Below, one piece after another: positions 48,165 through 58,405 of a DNA stretch of 64,000 nucleotides. Source of the DNA: Agathobacter sp. (GTDB lineage Bacteria > Bacillota > Clostridia > Lachnospirales > Lachnospiraceae); assembly GCA_022767075.1 (NCBI GenBank), contig JALEPP010000050.1, positions 120-64,119 of the forward strand. The letters run 5' to 3'. A model generated the notes under the pieces. The model searched no databases. It was not told the origin of the DNA and was given only the letters and a program-made list of their open reading frames with translations. Position numbers and translations under genes: made by a program. The first letter of the stretch is position 1; every line of letters starts with the position of its first letter.

Positions 48165-48440
48165 CTATTCCTCGGTCTCATCAATGGTTTGCTGCTCTTT
48201 TCGTTCAACATCCTGTTGTTCTTCTTCCGAATTTTCCGGCAATTGTTCTTTCGCTTCATCCACTCGGAACGTTTTATCAATCACCATTTTAACAACACAA
48301 CCGATCACAAGAAATATTACCAGTACCAGCAATAATTCCTTGGTAAAATCCAGAAGTGGTTTGTGCTGCATAATAGCCATAATGCAATCTACAAAACCTG
48401 CAGAAAGCATAATTATGGCCGGTATATACTTTGTATTCAT
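48165..48440 (-). CDS. Small two-TM hypothetical protein with acidic tail
   Basis: Two hydrophobic segments; fills the cheD-fliA gap; ACAGGA upstream of ATG. Confidence 0.75.
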   Translation of the reverse strand: MNTKYIPAIIMLSAGFVDCIMAIMQHKPLLDFTKELLLVLVIFLVIGCVVKMVIDKTFRVDEAKEQLPENSEEEQQDVERKEQQTIDETEE

Positions 48441-48468
48441 TCTAATATCCTGTTTCTCAATTAACTGA

Positions 48469-48954
48469 TTAAATCGCTTTCGGTTCTTTTCCTACCGACT
48501 TAATGTAATAAAGCCCTGTGTCACAATGTAATTCCACAGTACGTCCATAGTTAAGACCACAGTCCTCGGCAATGAGAGGAATCTTTAATTCCTTCAGTAT
48601 CAGTCTTGCCTCCTCTGCGTTGCGCTCTCCTACATTACCAACACCGGAAAGACCACTCACCTCGAACATTTTGGCTCCGCCGGCAATTTTCGCAACCATA
48701 TGTCTCGGATTGGCTCCTGCCTTAATCATTCGATTGTATAGTTCCCGAATACCGGTATCCCCAAACTTTGCAATGTTATTGTTATTGCGAAGCTTTGTAC
48801 TGTCTGGAAGCATATAGTGAACCAATCCTCCTATCTTTGTCCCCGGATCATACAGCGCCAAGCCTATGCAAGATCCAAGACCTAAAGTAGTGAGGATTTC
48901 CTGGTTTGTAGCAATATTCAAATCAGCCATTCCTACTTTTATTATCTCACTCAT
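48469..48954 (-). CDS. cheD: Chemoreceptor glutamine deamidase CheD
   Basis: LGLGSCIG, HYMLP, AKIAGGAKMF, VGERN, EDCGLNYGR. Confidence 0.97.
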   Translation of the reverse strand: MSEIIKVGMADLNIATNQEILTTLGLGSCIGLALYDPGTKIGGLVHYMLPDSTKLRNNNNIAKFGDTGIRELYNRMIKAGANPRHMVAKIAGGAKMFEVSGLSGVGNVGERNAEEARLILKELKIPLIAEDCGLNYGRTVELHCDTGLYYIKSVGKEPKAI

Positions 48955-48975
48955 CTTCTGCCCCTCTAAATACGT

Positions 48976-49596
48976 CTACATCTGGATTCCAAGAGATGTC
49001 AAAATCTTTTCATAGGAATCCGGTTCCGGCATCAAAATAAAGTAACCAGACACCTTATTCTCTTCCCCAAACTCGGTCTGAATCAATAAAGCATTATCTC
49101 CATACTGTCCAAACTGGATTGCCGGCACACTGAGAATGGCAGCGGCCATATCTACAGCAATATACGGAACAGAAGGTGTAATGGTCAGCTGGGTCATGGT
49201 AGAAAGTGCCGACAGGTAAGAAGCCGCAATAATATTACCAATCTCTTTTAATGCTGACAAATCCATGTCATCAAATGGTTCTCTGTAATCTGAGCTTCTG
49301 TGCATCAGCATGTTTACCACATTTTGCGCAGAATCCATCGGTAGCAGAAACATCATGCTGCCGGCAATATCTGTCTGAACCTCTAAGAAAATTCCAACAA
49401 TAATCTCATCCTCTGCACAAATTGCAGTTCCAAGCTCTGAGGCTTCCATAAGCTGAACATTTGGAACCTTCATATCAATTCGTTCATTCAGCATCTGTGC
49501 TATGGTTGTGGTGGCATTTCCTGCTCCGATATTACCAATTTCCCGCAACACATCAATGTACATGCTATTCATATCGTCCAGCGAAAAATTACTCAT
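48976..49596 (-). CDS. cheC: Chemotaxis phosphatase CheC
   Basis: DVLREIGNIGAGNA and SALKEIGNI motifs. Confidence 0.96.
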   Translation of the reverse strand: MSNFSLDDMNSMYIDVLREIGNIGAGNATTTIAQMLNERIDMKVPNVQLMEASELGTAICAEDEIIVGIFLEVQTDIAGSMMFLLPMDSAQNVVNMLMHRSSDYREPFDDMDLSALKEIGNIIAASYLSALSTMTQLTITPSVPYIAVDMAAAILSVPAIQFGQYGDNALLIQTEFGEENKVSGYFILMPEPDSYEKILTSLGIQM

Positions 49597-49623
49597 ACTA
49601 TCCTCCGATTTTTCCTAATTACA

Positions 49624-49658
49624 CAATATAGTGAAGCCTTAAGGGCTTCACTATATTG
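49624..49658. other. 15-bp perfect stem-loop between cheW and cheC
   Basis: CAATATAGTGAAGCC-5nt-GGCTTCACTATATTG. Confidence 0.8.
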
Positions 49659-49665
49659 ACTGCTC

Positions 49666-50142
49666 TTATGAATTAGATTCTTTTTCTTCAATAATAGAAT
49701 TAATCTCAAACAGAGAAATCAAAGACTCTCCATTCTTGCCAATTCCATTGATGAAGTTATCCTTTGCACTGTTGGTATTGATTGCAGACTTATCAATCTC
49801 ATCTACATTCAGGGTAACCACCTCGCAAACCTCATCAACCATAATTCCAAGAAGACCTTTTTCTTCGATCTTTAGAATAATGATACGAGAAGCATCTGTA
49901 ATCACATCATCTTCCAGCCCCATTTTTTTACGAATGCTCATTACAGGAACGATCTCACCACGCAGGTTAATGATTCCCTTGAAATAGCTCTGAGCCTTTG
50001 GAACTCTGGTAATTTTCTGCATACGTACAATGTTATCTACAAAGCCAATATCAATTCCATACTGCTCGTTTCCAATATTTACGACAATGTACTGCTTGGT
50101 TTCTCTTTCTAATGTTGTATCAATTACATTTTTATCAGCCAT
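49666..50142 (-). CDS. cheW: Chemotaxis adaptor CheW
   Basis: ITRVPKA, GIINLRGEIVPV, GIMVDEV. Confidence 0.97.
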   Translation of the reverse strand: MADKNVIDTTLERETKQYIVVNIGNEQYGIDIGFVDNIVRMQKITRVPKAQSYFKGIINLRGEIVPVMSIRKKMGLEDDVITDASRIIILKIEEKGLLGIMVDEVCEVVTLNVDEIDKSAINTNSAKDNFINGIGKNGESLISLFEINSIIEEKESNS

Positions 50143-50157
50143 TCTCTAATCCCTCCG

Positions 50158-52230
50158 TTACATTAAAGTGTTTACATCGAGAATCAATGCTACTTCGCCA
50201 TCACCCAAGATGGTAGCACCGCTGATCAGCTTATTGCCATTAATGTATTTACCTAAAGACTTAATAACAATTTCCTGCTGTCCAATTAGCTTGTCTACCA
50301 CAAGGCCTGCCTGATTGTCGCCGCGTTTCACGATAACAACCGTAAGGCTTTCCGGCTCTTCTTCCTTTGATTCAATATCCAATACATTGTCCAAACGAAT
50401 CAGAGGGATAACACTTCCTCGGAGGTGAATAACCTCTTTTGCCTGTACATATTTAATCTCTGACACCGGGATGTCCTCGATATTTGAAATAGAGCCAAGT
50501 GCAATCGCATATTTCTCATCGCGAATCTCAACCATCAATGCCTGAATAATTGCAAGTGTAAGCGGGAGGCGAACGGTAAACTCGGTACCAACACCAAGCT
50601 TTGTCTTAACCTCTACATCTCCGCCTAAGGCTTCGATGTTTGATTTTACGACGTCAAGACCTACGCCACGTCCGGAAATATCGGTAATTTTTTTCGCCAT
50701 TGAGAAGCTTGGCATGAACAGCAAATCAACGATTTCCTTCTGGCTCATTACCTCTGCCTGTTCCGGAGTAATAATCTCCCTCTCGAGAGCCTTTCTCTTA
50801 ACCGCTTCTGTATCAATACCATTACCGTCATCTCCAACCTGAATGATAACGTTATTTCCTTCCTGAAAAGCATTCAAGTAGATTTGACCAATCTCAGGCT
50901 TTCCATTCTTTTTACGTATGTCATTTTGTTCAAGTCCATGATCTGCTGAGTTACGTAACAGGTGCTGAAGTGGATCACCAATCTGATCAACTACCGTACG
51001 GTCAAGCTCTGTGTCTTCACCTGTCATAACAAGCTCCATCTTTTTATTCAATGAGCGGGAAAGATCACGAATCATACGTGGGAACTTGCTGACAACACTT
51101 TCAATCGGAACCATTCGAACCTTCATAACTGACTCATGAAGATTTGTGGTAATTCGCTCAAGGTACTCAATCTGCTCATGGAAGGTCTGAGACGAATTGC
51201 CTCCGTCTGTTCCGGAAATTGACACCAATGAGTTCTTTGCAATAATAAGCTCGGATACCTGATTCATAAGTGCATCCAGCTTCTCGATATCTACACGTAC
51301 GGTTCGATTGGTAACCGGCTTTGCGGCAGCCTTTTTCGGAGCGTTCTTCTGTGATACAGGTGCCGGTGCAGTTTCCTGAGCTTTCTTAGGCTCTTCTTTC
51401 TTTTCTTCCACCACCGGAGCCGGAACCTCTTCCTGCTGAGTCTCTGTCAAAGAAACCTCCTTCACTAAAACACTCTCGATTTCAGAAACACTCTTTACAG
51501 CTGCAACAATCTTGTCCTCATCCTCGTTGGTTGCAATATAGAATCCGAAATCCAGCTCAAACTTCTCATCCTCAATGTCCTGTGAGCTTGGATGATATAC
51601 AATAATCTGACCAAACTCCTCCACTGCTCTAAACACCAGAAAAGCTCTTGCAGCCTTCAATAAGCATTCCTTTGAAACGGTAACCTTTACGCCATAAACC
51701 TTCTGGCCACCCTCTATAGAGCTCTTTACGGTATCCATCTCGTCCTCATTGAGATTAATCTGTAATTCGTCTGAGGTATTCTCATTTTCCTCTTCCGCAG
51801 AGCCTTCATTGGTTGCCGGCGCAGCTTCCTCCACCGCCTGTCCATTGGCTTTTGCTATAAAATCATTGAGCTCCTTGATAATGAGTTCGTTGTCTTCCGT
51901 TCCCTCATCGGAGCTATTCTTAACGTTCTCTATGTACTGGTCAATTGCGTCCAGACATTTGAATAACAGGTCAATCATGGAGCTGTCTACACTGATACGT
52001 TCACTTCGTACCTCCTGGAATACATTCTCCATGTCATGGGTCAAATGCTGCATTCTCTTGAAGCCCATAGTACCAGCCATTCCCTTTAAAGAATGGGCGG
52101 CACGGAATACTTCATTAATGGTGTCCTTATTGTCCGGCTCCTTTTCAAGAACCATGATACAATCACTTAAAGTCTGTAAATGTTCACTACTTTCATCAAT
52201 AAAAATTTCTAGGTACTGGCTTACATCCAT
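50158..52230 (-). CDS. cheA: Chemotaxis histidine kinase CheA
   Basis: FRAAHSLKG Hpt, HLLRNSADHG, DDGNGI, SGRGVGLDVV, CheW-like C-terminal domain. Confidence 0.99.
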   Translation of the reverse strand: MDVSQYLEIFIDESSEHLQTLSDCIMVLEKEPDNKDTINEVFRAAHSLKGMAGTMGFKRMQHLTHDMENVFQEVRSERISVDSSMIDLLFKCLDAIDQYIENVKNSSDEGTEDNELIIKELNDFIAKANGQAVEEAAPATNEGSAEEENENTSDELQINLNEDEMDTVKSSIEGGQKVYGVKVTVSKECLLKAARAFLVFRAVEEFGQIIVYHPSSQDIEDEKFELDFGFYIATNEDEDKIVAAVKSVSEIESVLVKEVSLTETQQEEVPAPVVEEKKEEPKKAQETAPAPVSQKNAPKKAAAKPVTNRTVRVDIEKLDALMNQVSELIIAKNSLVSISGTDGGNSSQTFHEQIEYLERITTNLHESVMKVRMVPIESVVSKFPRMIRDLSRSLNKKMELVMTGEDTELDRTVVDQIGDPLQHLLRNSADHGLEQNDIRKKNGKPEIGQIYLNAFQEGNNVIIQVGDDGNGIDTEAVKRKALEREIITPEQAEVMSQKEIVDLLFMPSFSMAKKITDISGRGVGLDVVKSNIEALGGDVEVKTKLGVGTEFTVRLPLTLAIIQALMVEIRDEKYAIALGSISNIEDIPVSEIKYVQAKEVIHLRGSVIPLIRLDNVLDIESKEEEPESLTVVIVKRGDNQAGLVVDKLIGQQEIVIKSLGKYINGNKLISGATILGDGEVALILDVNTLM

Positions 52231-52231
52231 A

Positions 52232-53302
52232 TTAGATTACCCCCACGTGATTAATGATTGATTGTGCAACATCATCCAACGCCACCACTTCATCAACAGC
52301 TCCGGCTTCATAGATTGCCTTTGGCATTCCATACACCACGGAGCTTGCTTCATCCTGAGCAATGACATGTACGGGCTTATGCTGTTCTAAGGATACAATT
52401 CCATTGGTTCCATCTGCTCCCATTCCTGTCAGAACCACGCATACCACTTCGTCATATCCACAGTTGCTGAGCGAGTCATACGTGATGTTGGCACAAGGCC
52501 TTAATCCACCTATGGCAGGCATATCGTTCAGAACAATCTTATGTGTTCCGTCCGTCTGTTTCTTTACCTCCATGTGTCTTCCACCCGGCGCAATGTATAT
52601 CACACCCTTTTGAAGCTTATCCCCGTCCTTGGCCTCAACCACTTCAATCTCACTGATATCGTTCAACCGGTCTGCCATAGACTTTGTAAAGCCTGCAGGC
52701 ATATGCTGTACCAGCACCATCGGAGCATTGAGATTTTTGGGAAGCTTTGGAATAACACTCTGTAAAGATTTCGGGCCTCCTGTAGAACATGCCAAAGCAA
52801 CAATTCGATTATTCCCCTTGCCTACGCCGTGATTCTTCTTGGCGGCCTCTGTCCTCTTTGGAAGTGGGACAACAGGCTTAGGATTTAATCCCATGGTTTT
52901 CTTTAGCAATACGGCAGACAGCACCTCAAGAAGTTTCCTCTTAAATTGGTCACTCTTGGCATCGGCAAAAGTATTTGGTTTGGTAACAAAATCAACTGCT
53001 CCAAGCTCCATGGCCATAATGGTAACTTCCGCATCCTTGGTTGTAAGGGTGCTTACCATAATCACGGTAGCTTTGATGTTTTCTTTTTGCAACCGTTCCA
53101 AAAGCTCAAGTCCATCCATACGAGGCATATTGACATCTAAGACAACACCATCATAGGTCTTCTCTTTTAATCTCTCATAGGCCTCAAGACCATCCCGACA
53201 GAAATCTGTTGCTTGAAAATTACTATCTGAGTTAATTATATCACAGATAACCCTTCTCATAAGTGCAGAATCATCAACCACCAAAATATTTTTAGTACTC
53301 AT
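52232..53302 (-). CDS. cheB: Chemotaxis methylesterase CheB
   Basis: Receiver VVDDS/DVNMP; STGGP, VQHMP, LTGMGADG, VYGMP. Confidence 0.98.
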   Translation of the reverse strand: MSTKNILVVDDSALMRRVICDIINSDSNFQATDFCRDGLEAYERLKEKTYDGVVLDVNMPRMDGLELLERLQKENIKATVIMVSTLTTKDAEVTIMAMELGAVDFVTKPNTFADAKSDQFKRKLLEVLSAVLLKKTMGLNPKPVVPLPKRTEAAKKNHGVGKGNNRIVALACSTGGPKSLQSVIPKLPKNLNAPMVLVQHMPAGFTKSMADRLNDISEIEVVEAKDGDKLQKGVIYIAPGGRHMEVKKQTDGTHKIVLNDMPAIGGLRPCANITYDSLSNCGYDEVVCVVLTGMGADGTNGIVSLEQHKPVHVIAQDEASSVVYGMPKAIYEAGAVDEVVALDDVAQSIINHVGVI

Positions 53303-54045
53303 TGCCCATTTTCTCTCTTTCTTTGACGTCTTTCTTCTTCAAAAACGTATCGAATGATATGTTCCCTAACACGGTTATCCTCTATCTGAAACTTCACTCG
53401 ATTCACGAAGGTGTCATATTTGTCCTGTCTGCTGAAAGAATCGATTACCTCCCCAATGACAAGGAACTGTTTCAGCTGTCCCCCCATCGGAAGTGGAAAA
53501 CACATTAAAAGCTTGGCTTCTTTTTCCAGTTTGATATCACCTGTAAATCGTATTCCACCACCACTTAAATCCGCGGCGACCCCCTGTCTTTCCCGAAGGG
53601 GATCCCCCTGTTCTTTTAAAAACTGATAGATATCCTCTACCTTTTCCATTGCAAGGTCTTCCGGTTGTAAAACGTAATAGTCCAAATTAAAGAATACATC
53701 CACCCGGAAAAATTCTCTTCTCTGTACCTTATAGATGTCTGTTTCAGGTGTGAGCAAAAGCATATAGAAGTTATCCTTTTTATAGCGCTCTTTAATCACT
53801 GCTCTGCATCCATACAGACTGGTCTTTACAAAGAATACCACATCCACTCGAATCCCCACAGGCAAAGGAATCAGCTTTCCCTTTTCCGTGGGAACCCCAA
53901 CTTCTATGGTTCCATTGTCGAAAATATCTGTCACATCGCTGATAAATGTATGTACTTTTTCCCCTGTGGTTTTTGCCCTTAAAACTTGTTGAGAAAGCTG
54001 TAGCTCCACTCGATTTCCAGGGCTCAAAGGTTCCAAATTTATCAT
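53299..54045 (-). CDS. PilZ-domain flagellar brake (YcgR/MotI-like)
   Basis: QRREFFR (RxxxR) and DLSGGG c-di-GMP-binding motifs. Confidence 0.9.
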   Translation of the reverse strand: MINLEPLSPGNRVELQLSQQVLRAKTTGEKVHTFISDVTDIFDNGTIEVGVPTEKGKLIPLPVGIRVDVVFFVKTSLYGCRAVIKERYKKDNFYMLLLTPETDIYKVQRREFFRVDVFFNLDYYVLQPEDLAMEKVEDIYQFLKEQGDPLRERQGVAADLSGGGIRFTGDIKLEKEAKLLMCFPLPMGGQLKQFLVIGEVIDSFSRQDKYDTFVNRVKFQIEDNRVREHIIRYVFEEERRQRKRENGQ

Positions 54046-54058
54046 GTAAGTCTGTCTC

Positions 54059-54937
54059 CTAAAAACGTTTGTTAATGATATTGGATATCATCTGTGTAAT
54101 CCCCCAACGAATTCGCACCTGCTCATTGGTTCCCTGAGCAAGATTTCTTGCCAGACAATCATACGCCTCTGTGGATGGAGCTTTGGGTGCATACAAGGAA
54201 ACCGGCTTTTGCTGTCTCACTGCTCTCTCCAGCTGCTCATCCTGAGGAATCACCCCTATGAAGTCCAAATCTCCATGTAAAAACTGTGAAACCACAGAAT
54301 TCAACTTATCAAACACACTCTGTCCCTCCTCCTGGGAGGTAACCTTATTGGCCAGGACATGAATCTTGGCACCCCCCTGCACAAAGCCCGGATTACGGTA
54401 CAGAGCTTTCAGCAGCGAATAGGAATCGGTTAATGAGCTTGGCTCCGGCGTGGTCACTAAAAGTATCTCCGGGCTAGCCATAACAAATTCCAAAACCTGG
54501 TCCGAAATACCAGCTCCTGTATCTATAATAATAAAATCTGCTAGATTATTCAATTCACTTATGCATTTTGTCAGATAAATTATCTGATCTCGATAGAGAT
54601 TATTCAGTCCAATTACCCCTGAGCCTCCTGAGATAAAGCCTATATCCAAAGGCCCCGGTGTAATAATTTCCCGAATATTTTTCCCTTTGTAAATCAGGTC
54701 ATAGAGATTATATTGTGGAATTGCTCCAAACATAACCTCCACATTGGCAAGACCAAAGTCTGCATCAAATATAATAACCTTTTTGCCAATTTTAGAAAGG
54801 CTGATTGCCAAATTGACCGAGGTGTTGGATTTTCCTACACCACCTTTTCCACTGGTTACCGTAATGACTCTGGCGGTGCGCACCTGATTCTGATTATTCC
54901 GTTTTATGACATTGCGCAACTGCTCCGCCTGATCCAT
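54059..54937 (-). CDS. flhG: MinD-like ATPase FlhG/FleN
   Basis: MDQAEQLR N-terminal motif, SGKGGVGKS, DADFGLAN, IDTGAG. Confidence 0.93.
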   Translation of the reverse strand: MDQAEQLRNVIKRNNQNQVRTARVITVTSGKGGVGKSNTSVNLAISLSKIGKKVIIFDADFGLANVEVMFGAIPQYNLYDLIYKGKNIREIITPGPLDIGFISGGSGVIGLNNLYRDQIIYLTKCISELNNLADFIIIDTGAGISDQVLEFVMASPEILLVTTPEPSSLTDSYSLLKALYRNPGFVQGGAKIHVLANKVTSQEEGQSVFDKLNSVVSQFLHGDLDFIGVIPQDEQLERAVRQQKPVSLYAPKAPSTEAYDCLARNLAQGTNEQVRIRWGITQMISNIINKRF

Positions 54938-54939
54938 AA

Positions 54940-56241
54940 CTATTTGCCTCCAAGTAGCTGTTTTACAATCTTTTGGGTATCAAACAACTCAATATCCTCC
55001 GGTACATTCTGTCCGTTGGTTACGTAGGACAATTCTGCTCCGGAATGCAGCTTAATATTCAAAAGATTGCCATAAGTAGTTGTCTCATCCAGCTTTGTAA
55101 AAATCAATTTGTAAGTTGAAATCTCCTTGTAAATATCTGAGATTTCAATCAAATCCTGATACTTTGTGGTTGCGCTAAGCACCAGATATACTTCCCTGTC
55201 ATACTGGGGTTCAATCACATCCAACAGCTTTTTCATATCCTGACACTGGGATTCATTTTTGTGTGAAAAGCCTGCGGTGTCTAAAAAGATTAAATCATAA
55301 TCCAAATAGCCTTGAATAGCACCATTCATCTCTTCCGGAGAATACACGATGCTCATTGGGGCATCCAGAATATTGGCATACACTCTAAGCTGCTCTGTGG
55401 CTGCGATTCGGTAGGTGTCCGCTGTAATAAACGCAATCTTTTTTCCCTGCTCTACCTTGCATTTTGATGCAATCTTAGCAATGGTAGTAGTCTTTCCAAC
55501 ACCCGTCGGTCCAAAAAAGCATACCAGCTTTGGCTTTTTGTTGCCTGTTGTAAGCTCGTGAGGCTGTCCAAACCGAAGAATCAATTTCTGGTATACATTA
55601 GAAAGAATGGTATCCAGGCTGTTTCCCGGTCGAAGAAATCTTTCGATCTCATCTAATATCTGATTCACATACTTTTCGTTAACTTCATTTTTGATTAAGG
55701 TGCTATAGAGAATCTTAACAAAATTCAGTTCATCGCTGCCCAGACCACCTTTTCCTTCCGGTGCACTCTTCTCTTCATTTCTTGTGAGAGAATTGGAAAT
55801 CTGGTCCAGACGCTGCTCTAACTTCTCTTCACTCTGGATTTGATTTTGTTCCCTCTTGCCGGAACTCTTTTCTCCGATTCCAAGCTCCGATTTTGCCTGT
55901 CTGATCTCCTTTTGCAAAAGCTGTTGCACATTGAAGCTTGGAGTGGCATTTTCCTCTCTTTCCACTCTTTCATACTTTGGAATCTGTATTTTTTCATCTG
56001 CTGCAAGGCTGATAGATTCATGAAGCTTCTCCGGAGTTTTCAGTGCATTTACCGGATTTACAAACTCCTCCCTCTCTTCCTTCGCCGCAGTCACCTCATA
56101 GGTGGAGGCTTTAAAAATAGCAAAAAGTCCCTTTGGTTTTACCTCTTTCACATTCATGATTACGGTGTTCTCCCCAAACTCGTCTCTTGCGTTTTTTATT
56201 GCTTCCTCTTTTGTTTTTCCTTGAAACTTACTAATGGTCAT
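54940..56241 (-). CDS. flhF: SRP-family GTPase FlhF
   Basis: GPTGVGKTTTIAK, DTYRIAA, DTAG, TKLDE, GQNVPEDI. Confidence 0.97.
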   Translation of the reverse strand: MTISKFQGKTKEEAIKNARDEFGENTVIMNVKEVKPKGLFAIFKASTYEVTAAKEEREEFVNPVNALKTPEKLHESISLAADEKIQIPKYERVEREENATPSFNVQQLLQKEIRQAKSELGIGEKSSGKREQNQIQSEEKLEQRLDQISNSLTRNEEKSAPEGKGGLGSDELNFVKILYSTLIKNEVNEKYVNQILDEIERFLRPGNSLDTILSNVYQKLILRFGQPHELTTGNKKPKLVCFFGPTGVGKTTTIAKIASKCKVEQGKKIAFITADTYRIAATEQLRVYANILDAPMSIVYSPEEMNGAIQGYLDYDLIFLDTAGFSHKNESQCQDMKKLLDVIEPQYDREVYLVLSATTKYQDLIEISDIYKEISTYKLIFTKLDETTTYGNLLNIKLHSGAELSYVTNGQNVPEDIELFDTQKIVKQLLGGK

Positions 56242-56242
56242 T

Positions 56243-58279
56243 TTATGCTGTCACCATCCCTATTGATTGTAGTTCGACATTGGATTCAATCTCATTGTAA
56301 GACACCACAATAAGATCCGGTACATAGTCTTCTGTCATTTTCTTAAAGTACATACGTACAATTGGGGAAGTAATCACAATTGCCGGTTTCCCCATTCCTT
56401 CCATCTTTTCCACCTCTGCCTTAACAGAGTCGATAATAGCTCTGGTTCTATCAGGGTCCAAGGTCAGATAAGCCCCCTGTTCGGTCTGTTTTACCGAAGA
56501 CATGATTTCCTGTTCTATCTTTGGATCTAGGGTAACGACACTGGTAGTCTCATTTCCCGGGAAATATTTGTTGGAAATCGCACGTTTTAGGCTTTGTCTT
56601 ACATATTCCGTCAGCACGTCTGTATCACGAGTCGTCTGGGCATGATCTGCTAAAGTTTCAAATATCGTAAGAAGGTCTCGAATAGAAATACCTTCTGAGA
56701 GAAGATTCTGCAATACCTTCTGAACCTCTCCAAGTCCAAGCAGCTTTGGAATCAGCTCCTCCACCAGTACCGGGTTGCTCTCCTTTAGGTTGTTGACCAG
56801 ATTCTGTACATCCTGCCTTGTGAGAAGCTCAGCAATATGGTTTCGAATGACCTCAGTCAAATGTGTCGCAATAATAGACGGCGGATCAACAACCGTATAT
56901 CCAAGACTCTCTGCCCTCTCTCTCTGGCTTTCTGTAATCCAGATAGCCGGCAGATGGAAGGAAGGCTCAAAGGTAGGAATACCGGTAATCTCCTCCTCCA
57001 CATATCCCGGATTCATGGCCATATAGTGATCAAACAAAATCTCGCCCTCTGTCACCTGAATTCCTTTAATCATAATAATATACTGGTTAGGATTCAACTG
57101 AATATTATCGCGCAGACGAATAATCGGAACCACGGTACCCATTTCAAGAGCAATCTGTCTGCGAATCATAACAACACGATCCAGGAGGTCTCCACCCTGG
57201 TTCACATCCGCAAGAGGAATAATACCATAGCCAAATTCCAGCTCGATTGGATCCACAGAAAGAAGGGAAACCACATTTTCCGGTTTTCGAATTTCCTCTG
57301 CCTCTTCTTCTGCCACCTGTGCTTCCTCAACAATAGATTCCTCTCCGATGGATTTGTCCATGGCTCTTCCCGTAAGCACAAATGCGGCTCCAAGACCGAT
57401 AAATAACAGGGTGTTAAGCGGTGTAAAAGCCAGAATCATCAATACAACTCCGACAATGTACAATACCTTTGGAATTCCAAAAAGCTGGCGTACAAGCACG
57501 CCGCTGAAATCCGCTTCCGAAGAGCCCTTTGTAACCAAAATACCGGTTGCAAGTGAAATCAGAAGAGAAGGAATCTGGGAAACCAGTCCATCACCAATGG
57601 TAAGGATTCCATACTGCTGGATTGCACCGCCAAACTCTAACCCCTGGCGCATAACTCCCATGGCAGTTCCCCCCACCAGGTTGATCAGGGTGATGATAAG
57701 ACCTGCAGTGGCATCTCCTTTTACATACTTGGTAGCACCATCCATGGAACCAAAGAAGCTTGCTTCCTTCTGGATCTTGGCACGCCGTTCCTTTGCCTCC
57801 TGATCCGTAATGGCACCGGTATTCAAATCCGCATCAATTGCCATCTGTTTACCAGGCATTGCGTCCAAGGTGAATCGAGCGGTAACCTCTGACACTCGTT
57901 CAGAACCTTTATTGATGACGATAAACTGAATCAACACCAGTACCACGAATACAATGGCACCGATAATCAAATCTCCTCCACCTACAAAAGAACCAAAAGT
58001 GGATACGACGTTTCCCGGATTTCCCGTTGTCAAAATCAGACGGGTGGAGGAAACGTTCAACGAGATACGGAAAATTGTTGTAAACAAAAGAAGGGTTGGA
58101 AAGAACGACATATCCAGTACTTCTTTTACAAAAAGAACATCAAATAAGATGATTAATGCAAAAGAAATATTGATTGCAAGCATGACATCCAAAAGTATGG
58201 ATGGAATAGGAATGATAAAGAACAATACTGCAAATAACAGGTATGCTCCTACTCCAATGTCTGCTTTTTGAAAACTCAT
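56243..58279 (-). CDS. flhA: Flagellar export protein FlhA
   Basis: RVSEVTARFTLDAMPGKQMAIDADL, GSMDGATKYVKGDA, LTIGDGLVSQIP. Confidence 0.99.
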   Translation of the reverse strand: MSFQKADIGVGAYLLFAVLFFIIPIPSILLDVMLAINISFALIILFDVLFVKEVLDMSFFPTLLLFTTIFRISLNVSSTRLILTTGNPGNVVSTFGSFVGGGDLIIGAIVFVVLVLIQFIVINKGSERVSEVTARFTLDAMPGKQMAIDADLNTGAITDQEAKERRAKIQKEASFFGSMDGATKYVKGDATAGLIITLINLVGGTAMGVMRQGLEFGGAIQQYGILTIGDGLVSQIPSLLISLATGILVTKGSSEADFSGVLVRQLFGIPKVLYIVGVVLMILAFTPLNTLLFIGLGAAFVLTGRAMDKSIGEESIVEEAQVAEEEAEEIRKPENVVSLLSVDPIELEFGYGIIPLADVNQGGDLLDRVVMIRRQIALEMGTVVPIIRLRDNIQLNPNQYIIMIKGIQVTEGEILFDHYMAMNPGYVEEEITGIPTFEPSFHLPAIWITESQRERAESLGYTVVDPPSIIATHLTEVIRNHIAELLTRQDVQNLVNNLKESNPVLVEELIPKLLGLGEVQKVLQNLLSEGISIRDLLTIFETLADHAQTTRDTDVLTEYVRQSLKRAISNKYFPGNETTSVVTLDPKIEQEIMSSVKQTEQGAYLTLDPDRTRAIIDSVKAEVEKMEGMGKPAIVITSPIVRMYFKKMTEDYVPDLIVVSYNEIESNVELQSIGMVTA

Positions 58280-58405
58280 GGTTCCTTCCTCCTTTCTTCT
58301 ATATTTTTTAGTTTTTTCTATTTCTTCTATCCTGCTTCCAGATATCTTCTACGTTTCTTCTTTTGCCGGCCTTCCACAAAGTCTTTTGGGGATGACGATA
58401 AGCCT

